Positions 17,875 through 26,076 of a DNA stretch of 27,653 nt are shown here, piece after piece. The position numbers and the translations under genes are program-made. The DNA is from a candidate division WOR-3 bacterium. GTDB taxonomy: Bacteria > Hydrothermota > Hydrothermia > Hydrothermales > Hydrothermaceae. Below the pieces are notes generated by a model that was not told where the DNA came from, ran no database searches, and saw nothing but the letters and a program-made list of their open reading frames with translations. The stretch lies in the NCBI GenBank assembly GCA_039803745.1, contig JBDRZD010000023.1:1-27653 (forward strand), in the 5' to 3' direction. Numbering within the stretch: position 1 is the stretch's first letter; the number at the start of each line of letters is the position of its first letter.

Positions 17875-19441
17875 TTTTTAAACTTTTTTCAAGGAGTTCA
17901 AGATTTCTTTTTAAAAGTTTATTTTGAGGCTCGATTTTTTCAGCCTCTTTCCAAAAATTAAGTGCCTTTTCTCTCATACCCTCCCTTAAATAGAGAATCC
18001 CCAGCCTGAAAAAAGACCTAAAATGTTTTGTCCTTTGAATCACTTTTTCATACTGTAAAATAGCATTATGAATATCTTGAACTTGATAATAAGTTTCTGC
18101 CAGTAAAAAATTAAATCTCCATTCGTCAGGATAAAGGGAAAGACCTTTATTTAAAACTTCTATGGCATTTTCATATTTTTTTATAATGTGGAAAATGAAT
18201 CCTTTTAAAATTAATAAGTTCTTATTTTCCGGTTCGGTTTTTTCAATTAAATTTAAAACTTCTTGAGCATTCAAATATTTTTTTTCTTTTATATATATTA
18301 ATGCAAAATATAAAAAGGATGTCTTTAAATCAGGAAAATCCTTTATAACCTTTTTAAAATATTCTTTTGCAACCTGTATATTGCCACTTTCGTATTCAAG
18401 AATTCCTTTTAAAAGTAAAAACTTTTTATCCTTCTCATCCTTTATTTCTTCTAATAACTTATTAGCAGATTCAAAATCCTTTAATTTATAACAGGTAAAA
18501 GCAATATTATGAATTAACTTCTTATTATTTGGAGTAATTTCTTTTGCCTTTTCAAAAAATTTTTTTGCAATTTCATAATTATTTCTATATACTTCAAGAA
18601 TACCCATAAAAAAGTAACCTTCAGAAGAATTAGGTGCCATTTCTATCACTCTTTTAAATTCCCTTTCTGCTTCCTCGAAAAGATTTATTTTTAAAAATGC
18701 CATCCCAAGGTTCAGATGTTCTAATATTTTTTCCTTTTGGGATTCCTTAGGAATTAGAAATGGGGCATGTTTTCTAACAGCCCCTTTTGTAATAAGAGAT
18801 TGTAAAATTTCAGCAGCTTCAATTATTCCAAGTCCGGAAGATTCAATTATTTCTTTTACATTTTTTTCTCCATCTATTTTTTCATAAATTATTTTTTCTT
18901 TTTCATTAAGGGTAAAAACACCTGAATAATTTTTTGTAAGGACCATTTCAAGAGGATAGATTATTTCTTTAACCTTCTCCCATTCATCATACTTTGTAAT
19001 TGATTCTATTAAAAACCTTGAAGGATCTATTTCCACAACAGGTCTTTGTTTGGGATATTCATCAGGAATAAAATTGAAAAAACCCTCTTCCCACAAAATT
19101 GCTTCTCTCAAATATTCCATTATTTCTTTCTCTTTATATTTTTTTAAAATTTCTTCATCAAATCCCATTTCACAAAGAACATAACCTATATTTGGATACC
19201 CCTGATCAAGTAATGAAATTGCTTTTTTGAAAGTTTTTTCATCTATTAAATTATCTTTTAAAAGAAGTTCCCCTAACTTTTCTTTTCGGTTTACCATCAG
19301 TGAATATACTATAATCCCGTCTTTTAAAAATACTTCTAAAAAATCATTACCATTTGTTATTGAAAGTTTACCCGTTTTTTTACCTATATGAAGAAGTTGA
19401 AAAACATCCGTTACAGGAACCTCCTTCAAACTGCCCCTCAT
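17861..19441 (-). CDS. DUF4388 (PatA-N-like) domain protein with an MshEN-like insert, a winged-helix segment and C-terminal TPR repeats
   Basis: MRGSLKE...DVFQLL..GKKTGKL.I...F.DG.I and W.EG.F.F are the DUF4388 pattern. IDGEKNVKEII...L..L...G is wHTH-like, and about 7 TPR-like repeats follow. ATG at 19441 (ATGA overlap with the upstream gene) is preferred to TTG at 19453. Confidence 0.82.
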   Translation of the reverse strand: MRGSLKEVPVTDVFQLLHIGKKTGKLSITNGNDFLEVFLKDGIIVYSLMVNRKEKLGELLLKDNLIDEKTFKKAISLLDQGYPNIGYVLCEMGFDEEILKKYKEKEIMEYLREAILWEEGFFNFIPDEYPKQRPVVEIDPSRFLIESITKYDEWEKVKEIIYPLEMVLTKNYSGVFTLNEKEKIIYEKIDGEKNVKEIIESSGLGIIEAAEILQSLITKGAVRKHAPFLIPKESQKEKILEHLNLGMAFLKINLFEEAEREFKRVIEMAPNSSEGYFFMGILEVYRNNYEIAKKFFEKAKEITPNNKKLIHNIAFTCYKLKDFESANKLLEEIKDEKDKKFLLLKGILEYESGNIQVAKEYFKKVIKDFPDLKTSFLYFALIYIKEKKYLNAQEVLNLIEKTEPENKNLLILKGFIFHIIKKYENAIEVLNKGLSLYPDEWRFNFLLAETYYQVQDIHNAILQYEKVIQRTKHFRSFFRLGILYLREGMREKALNFWKEAEKIEPQNKLLKRNLELLEKSLKNGGP

Positions 19442-21174
19442 ATTTCTTCCCAAATAATTTCTTCAAGATAAATAAAATCAAAAGCAATTTCATCAATTAA
19501 ACTTTTTTCTTCCCTTGGAATCCCTATCTCAAAATCCTCGCATGTAATTTTTTCTTTTGGTAATGAAAGAATTTCATTGAGAAAATTTGTAAGTGCTTTT
19601 AAATCCTCCCATCTCCTTTGAATTATTTTCTGCATTGCATCTTCTTCAATAATTTTGCCTTTTGAAGAAGAATACAAGATTATTATTTTCTCAATAGCAT
19701 CAGGAGTTGGTGAATTTATATAAATTTTCTTTACAGGAATTTCAATATCTATTTCTTCATGGGAACCAACCACAACTTTCTTCCCTTCACTTATCCACTT
19801 TTTTAAAAGTTTTTCCAAATTTTTACGGATTTCTTCAATTTTTAGAAAGGAATGGAGATCGTCTATGAATAAATATTTATACTCGGAAAGAATGGGAAAT
19901 TCTTCAACACCTTTTGAAACAAATTCAAAATTACTTATTATTTCATTTAAAAATATCTTCTCTTTTTCTTTTAAAATTTTAAATCCATAATTAAGTAAAG
20001 AAGTTATGCCATTCCTTCCTTTGCTTATTATAGCAAAAATACCCGGGGGCTCTTTATCCAATCTTTTTAAAAAATCAAAAGCATCTTTATTAAATTCACC
20101 AACAACTATTTCAGGGATTTCTTCTATTTCAACAATTTCTTCTTCCTTTTTCTTTACAAGTTCATCCATCTTTTTTTCAATTTCCTCTATTTTGTCAGGG
20201 TCAAATAACATCCTCTCTATTTCTTCATCGGTTTCACCTATCTCTCCGTATCTTTTTTGAAGCTCAACAAGTTTTTTAATATCTTCAACAAATCTATCGT
20301 ATTCTTTTTTGATAGTTTCAAGAGAAGCATTTCTAAGAGATTCAAGTCTTTTAACTTCAAAGCCTTTCATACTCCATATATATATTTTCTCTTCAAGAAA
20401 TTCTTTTATTTTTTTTGCATCTTCAATTTCTTCTACAAGTTGTGAAATACTTTCTTCAATCTTCTCCTTTAAATCAGGGAAAATAACTTCTTCATACTGC
20501 CCTCTTTGGAAAGTATAGGCTATATCCCGATAATCAATATTTCCTTTTTTCACAATATTTAAAAGAATAAGTTTATTAACTATGCCTTCTATTTTCCTTA
20601 AATTTATTTTCTCTGAAACTCTTATAATCTTTATTAAATTCTCATCAATTTCTACTCCTTTTTTTATTAATTTAAATTTTATAATTTCGTAAACTTCATT
20701 TAGATCAGGTGGTAAAATTCCAACTTCTATCCCGCTTGATAATCTTGACTTCAAAAGTAATATAAGTTCTTTAAAATTTTCAATCTCATGAAGAGATGAT
20801 AAAATAAATTGGTTATCCTGAGCAAGAAAGGTTTCAAAGTTAATCAAAAAGACCTTCTGAATTTCTTCGCCCATTTTAATAAAATCATGAAAATCATCAA
20901 CTATTATCCATGAATTCTTTGGAATTTTACGGGAAGAAATCATTTCTTGAAATTCAAAAGGATTAAGAAATAAAACATTTTCATTTTTTTGAATAAGATA
21001 ATTTGCACAGGCTGATAAAATATGTGTTTTACCCAAACCTTCTTCTCCATATATGTATAAAGGATTGAACATACCCTTGTTTTTCAAAACTGCGTCACAG
21101 GCAGCATAAACAAGCCTCACACCTTCATATACATAAAAATTTTCAAAAGAATATTTTGGATTTGGATTAGCCAT
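19438..21174 (-). CDS. DnaA/Hda-family protein with tandem AAA+ modules (not the replication initiator)
   Basis: N-terminal KYSFENF, FNPLYIYGEEGLGKTH (Walker A), IIVDD (Walker B), LKSRLSSG (box VII) and NLRKIEG (sensor 2). An acidic helical linker follows, then a second degenerate module (VVGEFN..A, SKGRNGITSLL, YLFIDDLH). No DnaA domain I or domain IV. Confidence 0.85.
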   Translation of the reverse strand: MANPNPKYSFENFYVYEGVRLVYAACDAVLKNKGMFNPLYIYGEEGLGKTHILSACANYLIQKNENVLFLNPFEFQEMISSRKIPKNSWIIVDDFHDFIKMGEEIQKVFLINFETFLAQDNQFILSSLHEIENFKELILLLKSRLSSGIEVGILPPDLNEVYEIIKFKLIKKGVEIDENLIKIIRVSEKINLRKIEGIVNKLILLNIVKKGNIDYRDIAYTFQRGQYEEVIFPDLKEKIEESISQLVEEIEDAKKIKEFLEEKIYIWSMKGFEVKRLESLRNASLETIKKEYDRFVEDIKKLVELQKRYGEIGETDEEIERMLFDPDKIEEIEKKMDELVKKKEEEIVEIEEIPEIVVGEFNKDAFDFLKRLDKEPPGIFAIISKGRNGITSLLNYGFKILKEKEKIFLNEIISNFEFVSKGVEEFPILSEYKYLFIDDLHSFLKIEEIRKNLEKLLKKWISEGKKVVVGSHEEIDIEIPVKKIYINSPTPDAIEKIIILYSSSKGKIIEEDAMQKIIQRRWEDLKALTNFLNEILSLPKEKITCEDFEIGIPREEKSLIDEIAFDFIYLEEIIWEEI

Positions 21175-21571
21175 ATATCTCTTTTAAAACTTCATTAAAT
21201 TTTTTAAAAAACCTTTTTGCCTGCGTATCAACTATACCAAGAATTGTCCTGTCATCAAAAAAGGCTGCAAGAAAGAAATCCCCCTCTAAAAGTATATAAT
21301 ATATATTCCATTTTTTTCCTTCCTGGTAAAAAACTCTAAAACCTCTTTCCCCCACAATTCTTGCCAGTTCCTTTGTGCTCTGAAATATACCTGCACATAG
21401 GGCAGAAACAGCAAGCAGAGTGAATGTATCTTTAAATCCTGAAGATGCAATCAATTGACCACTTAATGTGCTTAACATAGCAGAATATACACCCGCTCTT
21501 AATGTAAATTCCTCTATCATATTTTGAATTTTTTCTATTTCTTTTTCTTTTAATATTAATGTATCCCACAT
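21167..21571 (-). CDS. Roadblock/LC7 (MglB-like) protein
   Basis: 134 aa with AML...SGQLIA..G, SALCAGIFQSTKELARIVGE..F...YQEG...IY and F.DRTILG, which is the MglB-like pattern. Confidence 0.85.
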   Translation of the reverse strand: MWDTLILKEKEIEKIQNMIEEFTLRAGVYSAMLSTLSGQLIASSGFKDTFTLLAVSALCAGIFQSTKELARIVGERGFRVFYQEGKKWNIYYILLEGDFFLAAFFDDRTILGIVDTQAKRFFKKFNEVLKEIYG

Positions 21572-21583
21572 TTTTTAAATATT

Positions 21584-21612
21584 ATTATAACTCACAAATG
21601 AGTTTAAATCAA
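21584..21612 (-). promoter_or_regulatory. sigma70-type promoter of the roadblock operon with an inverted repeat in its spacer
   Basis: Minus-strand TTGATT (21612-21607), 17 bp, TATAAT (21589-21584). The inverted repeat AACTCA-caaa-TGAGTT occupies 21589-21604. Confidence 0.65.
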
Positions 21613-21614
21613 AA

Positions 21615-22559
21615 TTATTTATAAAAACCTTTTGGGATGTTATCTAAGGTTCCATGAGTTAATCTATGAAGATTTAAAAGCCTCTCAAAATTCTTTTGAA
21701 CACCTTTTTCCATCTCTTCTATTTCTTCATCAGATAAATGTTTAAATCTTCCCTGAATTTTTATAAATTCTTTTAGTGGCTTTTTATTTGGTATAAAATT
21801 TAATGTATATTTTTCACCATCTTCTATCTCATAAAGGGGAAAGAAATTTGTTTCAACGGCAAGCCTTGAAATCTTTATCGTGATTTCAGAAGAAGGGAGT
21901 CTCCATCCAGGTGGGCAGGGAGAATAGATTAAAAGAAATCTAACTCCTCTGCCTTTTAATTCTTTTGCCTTTTTCACTTTTTTCATCAAATCATCAAGAT
22001 AGGCAATTGAAATTGTTGCAACATAAGGAATTCTATGAGCAGCCATTATCCCTATTATATCTTTTTTAGGTCTTGGATTAGGTCGCGTATAAGGAGTTGT
22101 TGTTGTCCATGCTTTATAAGGAGTTGCACCGCTTCTCTGTATTCCTGTATTCATATATGCTTCGTTATCATAGCAAATATAGATTATATCATCACCCCTT
22201 TCTGCTGCACCTGATAGTGCCTGAATCCCTATGTCATATGTTCCACCATCTCCTGCCCATGCAACAACATTAACATCTTTAAATCCTTTTGCTTCCAAAC
22301 CTGCTTTCAGTCCAACAGCAGAGATTGCTGCTGTTTCAAAGGCAACATGCAAAAGAGGAACCTTTAAAGAATGCATAGGATAATTGCCATCTATTATTGT
22401 CCAGCAACATGCAGGAATTGCAAATACTGTATTTTTACCAAGAACCCTTAAAACATGCCTCATCGCAATTGGCGCACCGCATCCCTGGCAGGAAAGAATT
22501 CCTGGATTTAAAAATTCTTCTCCTTTTGTTTCCTTAATTTCTTCAAAATAAAATTTCAT
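21615..22559 (-). CDS. porB: 2-oxoacid (pyruvate/2-ketoisovalerate):ferredoxin oxidoreductase beta subunit (TPP-binding)
   Basis: CQGCG, ACCW, GDGG..DIG, YDNEAYMNTG.QRS and SPCP. ATG at 22559 (ATGA overlap with the alpha subunit) is preferred to the track's start at 22574. Confidence 0.92.
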   Translation of the reverse strand: MKFYFEEIKETKGEEFLNPGILSCQGCGAPIAMRHVLRVLGKNTVFAIPACCWTIIDGNYPMHSLKVPLLHVAFETAAISAVGLKAGLEAKGFKDVNVVAWAGDGGTYDIGIQALSGAAERGDDIIYICYDNEAYMNTGIQRSGATPYKAWTTTTPYTRPNPRPKKDIIGIMAAHRIPYVATISIAYLDDLMKKVKKAKELKGRGVRFLLIYSPCPPGWRLPSSEITIKISRLAVETNFFPLYEIEDGEKYTLNFIPNKKPLKEFIKIQGRFKHLSDEEIEEMEKGVQKNFERLLNLHRLTHGTLDNIPKGFYK

Positions 22560-23707
22560 TTCTTTAACCCCCAAAAGTTTATTTCTTCAAACTTTTTCCT
22601 CTTTAAAAAATCAGAAACTATCTCTTCAATAGTTGAAGGCGTTATATCTCTTCCACCAAGTCCTAAAATATAACCTGCACATTTTGTTTTCTTCTGTCCA
22701 AAAAGTGCAGATTTTATTTCCTGGAAAAATATTCCACCTGCACCAAAAGAAATATTTCTATCAAGAACTATAACTTTTTTACCAACAAGATATTTTCTTA
22801 TTTCATCATAAGGGAATGGTCTGAAAACCCTTATCCTTAAAACACCGATATTTTTTCCATTTTCTCTCATCTTTTTAACCGCATATTTAACTGTTGATGA
22901 ATATGCACCTGCACAAACTATCACTATTTCTGAATCTTCTGCAAAGAAGGATTCAACAAGCCCCCAGTATCTTCCAAATTTTTCTTCAAATTTTTTCCCT
23001 TCCTCTTTAATAATATCTATTGCTTCTTCCATCGCCTTTTGAATTTTATATCTGAATTCCATATAAAAATCTGGTGATGTAACAGCACCAATTGCTCTTG
23101 GATTTGAAGTATTTAAAGCAAGGGGATTTTTATAAGGTGGTAAAAAATCGTCAACAATTTTCTGATCTGGAATTTCAACAGGTTCTGATGTATGTGATAA
23201 AACAAATGCTTCAAGCACTATCATTGTGGGAAGAAAAACCCTTTCCCCTACTTTATAACTTAAAATAACACTATCAAGAACTTCTTGATTTGATTCACAA
23301 TAAATTTGCATCCAGCCTGTATCCCTCTGAGAAAGGGAATCTGTCTGCTCGGTCCATATTGACCATGGAGTTGCCATTGCCCTGTTTATAACACCCATGA
23401 CAATAGGAGTTCTTGCAGAAGATGCCCAGTGTAAAAGTTCATGCATTAAAGCAAGTCCCTGAGCAGAAGTAGCAGTAAATGCCCTTGCACCTGCTATTGA
23501 TGCACTTATACAAACAGCAAGTGCCGAGTGCTCTGATTCTACATTAACAAATCTTGCATTAAGTTCACCGCTCCCAACCATCTCAGAAAGAAGTTCAACA
23601 ACCTGGGTTTGTGGAGTTATAGGATATGCAGAAATCACTTCAACCCTTGAAAGTTTTGCACCATAAGATAAGGCATGATTCCCCATTATAACTTTTAAAT
23701 TTTTCAT
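22556..23707 (-). CDS. porA: 2-oxoacid:ferredoxin oxidoreductase alpha subunit
   Basis: GNHA, AYPITPQT, VESEHSA, TATSAQGLALMHE, NRA, RPFP and GLGGRD. Confidence 0.93.
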   Translation of the reverse strand: MKNLKVIMGNHALSYGAKLSRVEVISAYPITPQTQVVELLSEMVGSGELNARFVNVESEHSALAVCISASIAGARAFTATSAQGLALMHELLHWASSARTPIVMGVINRAMATPWSIWTEQTDSLSQRDTGWMQIYCESNQEVLDSVILSYKVGERVFLPTMIVLEAFVLSHTSEPVEIPDQKIVDDFLPPYKNPLALNTSNPRAIGAVTSPDFYMEFRYKIQKAMEEAIDIIKEEGKKFEEKFGRYWGLVESFFAEDSEIVIVCAGAYSSTVKYAVKKMRENGKNIGVLRIRVFRPFPYDEIRKYLVGKKVIVLDRNISFGAGGIFFQEIKSALFGQKKTKCAGYILGLGGRDITPSTIEEIVSDFLKRKKFEEINFWGLKK

Positions 23708-25378
23708 TTATTCCTCCTCTAACATTGTTATAATTCCTCTTGGACATTCTTTTGCACATATTCCACAACCCTTACAATAATCATAATCAACTTCAGGTTT
23801 TTCATTTATCCATAATATTGCTGCATCAGGACAATAGGAATAACATATTCCACAGGAATTACACACCCCACAGGAAAAACATCTTAAAACTTCTTCAAGT
23901 GCCTCTTCTTTTGTAAATCCAGGGTTTTCTTCTACCTCAAGGGATTTTATTCTTTCAGAAGGTGATAGTTCTTTTGGCCTTAATGCATTTTTCTTTTCAA
24001 AATATTCCATTTGAATTTGCATAAAGGAAACTGTTTTTTCTGGAGGCTCTACTTTTAAAACCTCTTCGCCTTTTAAATATCTCTCTATTGCCTCTGCACT
24101 TTTCCTTCCCCATCCAAAGGCTTCAACAACAGTAGAAGGTCCTTGAACAAAATCGCCTCCTGCAAAAACCCCGGGGATTTTTGTTGCACCAGTCCTTTTA
24201 TCTGCATATACCCATCCATCCTCTCCGAGAATTTCAGGAGGAACACATGTTCTATCACTTTCTTCACCTATTGCAGTTATAACTGCATCAAAAATTTCGT
24301 CCTCTTCAGAACCTTCAATTGGGACAGGTCTTCTTCTTCCTGATTTATCGGGCTCACCAAGTTTCATCTTTATATTTGTTAAAATTATTTTATCATTTTC
24401 CTTTCTTGCTTTTACAGGTAATGTCAAAAATCTAAACTCTATTCCATCTTCCTTTGCCTTTTCTATTTCTTCTTTTAATGCAGGCATTTCATTTTCAGTT
24501 CTTCTATAAAGTAAAACAGGCTTTGCTCCCATCCTTAAAAGTGTTCTTATAACATCCATTGCAACATTGCCACCACCAACAACTGCAACTTTTTTACCAG
24601 GCGGCTCCCTTTTCCCAAGAGAAACCTCTTTTAAAAATTCAGAACCTGAAATAAAATTCTCCTCCCCTTCTATTCCCATTTTCTTTTCTACATGAGCACC
24701 TATTCCTATAAATATTGCATCAAAATCCTTTTTTAAATCATAAACATTTATATCTTTACCAAGTTCTTTTTTAAATTCAAATTCAATGCCCATCTCTATA
24801 AGTATTTCAATTTCTTTATCAAGGATTTTTTTTGGCAATCTATATTCAGGAATTCCGTATCTTAAAATTCCTCCTGCCTTTTCTTCTTTTTCAAAAATTA
24901 TAACCTTATAACCCATTTTCCTTAAATAAAAGGCACAGGAAAGACCAGCAGGACCTGCACCGATAATTGCTATCCTTTTATCTTTTTCTTCTTTTGGCTT
25001 TTGCTCAATTTTATATGGCAAATATAAATCACCAACAACCCTTTCAATCTCTCTTATTGATATCCTCTCATCAAATTTCCTTCTATTGCAAGCAGTCTGA
25101 CAAAAAGCAGGACAAACTCTTCCTGTTATTGAAGGAAATGGATTGTGTAAAGTTAAAATCCTTCCAGCCTCTTTTATATTCTCATCAATAAAAAAATTGA
25201 AATATTCAGGAATTAAAGTATTTGTTGGACATGCTTTTGAACATGGAGCAGATTTATTTTTTATCAGAGGTCTTAAATTTCTCCAACTTCCTGTTTTATT
25301 ATGCCTTGTTGTTGCTGTTGAAATTGGTATTTCAGGATAATCTTTGAATTTTTCAAATTTAATTTTTTCTTCATTCAT
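23708..25378 (-). CDS. PorD-like ferredoxin (delta) subunit fused with an internal GltD/NfnB-like FAD/NAD(P)H oxidoreductase
   Basis: N-terminal PorD motif KTGSWR..RP. GltD-like core: PC..ACP, NPFP..TGRVCP..C...C.R, IIGAGPAG, YGIPEYRLP, VVGGGNVAMD, YRRT and FAGGD. C-terminal RCFSCG followed by two CxxCxxCxxxCP motifs (DYDYCKGCGICAKECP). Confidence 0.88.
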   Translation of the reverse strand: MNEEKIKFEKFKDYPEIPISTATTRHNKTGSWRNLRPLIKNKSAPCSKACPTNTLIPEYFNFFIDENIKEAGRILTLHNPFPSITGRVCPAFCQTACNRRKFDERISIREIERVVGDLYLPYKIEQKPKEEKDKRIAIIGAGPAGLSCAFYLRKMGYKVIIFEKEEKAGGILRYGIPEYRLPKKILDKEIEILIEMGIEFEFKKELGKDINVYDLKKDFDAIFIGIGAHVEKKMGIEGEENFISGSEFLKEVSLGKREPPGKKVAVVGGGNVAMDVIRTLLRMGAKPVLLYRRTENEMPALKEEIEKAKEDGIEFRFLTLPVKARKENDKIILTNIKMKLGEPDKSGRRRPVPIEGSEEDEIFDAVITAIGEESDRTCVPPEILGEDGWVYADKRTGATKIPGVFAGGDFVQGPSTVVEAFGWGRKSAEAIERYLKGEEVLKVEPPEKTVSFMQIQMEYFEKKNALRPKELSPSERIKSLEVEENPGFTKEEALEEVLRCFSCGVCNSCGICYSYCPDAAILWINEKPEVDYDYCKGCGICAKECPRGIITMLEEE

Positions 25379-25942
25379 TTAATCCTCCTTTAAAAAAACT
25401 TTTTCAAAGGCTTCCTGTGCAGCCTTTTTATTCTCCTCAATTTTCACAGGGACCTCTTCTTCAATTGCTTCAAGCAAACTTTCTAACTTACATAATCCTG
25501 TTATTCTTATAAATGCACCAAGTATAGCAGTGTTAACAATTGGCTCTGTTTTTGAACCAAGTCCATATTTAATAGCAATAGAGTTTGCATCAACTGTTGC
25601 AATTTTCAATTTAAAGGGCGCTTTGATTTCAGAAGGTAAAGATTTTGAATTTATAAGAATGGAACCGCCTTCTTTTATCCCTTCAAAAACATTTACTGTT
25701 TGCATTAAAACAGGATCAAGAACAATAACATGATCAGGATTATAAATTCCTGAACGCAGAATTATCTCTTCGCCCTTTTCCTGTATCCTCAAAAAAGCAA
25801 GGACAGGCGCACCTCTTCTTTCAACTCCAAACTGTGGATATGCAAGAACCTTTTTACCTTCCTTAAATAAAGAAACTGCAAGAATCTTTGAAGCGATAAC
25901 AGCACCCTGCCCACCTCTTCCATGAAACCTTATTTCAATCAT
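25379..25942 (-). CDS. porC: 2-oxoacid:ferredoxin oxidoreductase gamma subunit
   Basis: [28 protein letters not shown] and [14 protein letters not shown] ribosome-binding site. Confidence 0.93.
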
Positions 25943-25967
25943 AATTCCTCCACATTTAAAGAACTTA

Positions 25968-25997
25968 AATATAAAGTCTAAAAATTTTATTTTTCAA
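25968..25997 (-). promoter_or_regulatory. Candidate sigma70 promoter for the por operon
   Basis: Minus-strand TTGAAA (25997-25992), 18 bp, TATATT (25973-25968). The region is AT-rich, so a chance match is possible. Confidence 0.4.
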
Positions 25998-25998
25998 T

Positions 25999-26027
25999 TT
26001 GACAAAAGATTAAAAAAACCTTATAAT
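25999..26027 (+). promoter_or_regulatory. Perfect-consensus sigma70 promoter for the S8 protease
   Basis: TTGACA (25999-26004), 17 bp, TATAAT (26022-26027). The ribosome-binding site GGAGGTGA lies at 26063-26070. Confidence 0.85.
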
Positions 26028-26076
26028 AAATTTTCTAAATTTTTAATTTTTGGATAATGATGGGAGGTGATGTAAA

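Noticed and set aside
19438..21174. Calling this gene dnaA, or the region oriC
   Set aside because: It has no domain I or domain IV, no dnaN neighbour and no cluster of DnaA boxes. The single near-match TTATCCACT at 19791-19799 lies inside the coding sequence and is expected by chance.
23708..25378. Glutamate synthase small subunit (gltD) or DsrL
   Set aside because: There is no gltB or dsr context. The PorD-type N- and C-terminal motifs and the position within the por operon explain it better.
20006..25733. Short plus-strand ORFs and the nested minus-strand ORF 24085-24267 within the minus-strand operons
   Set aside because: These are shadow or alternative-frame ORFs with no recognisable domains.
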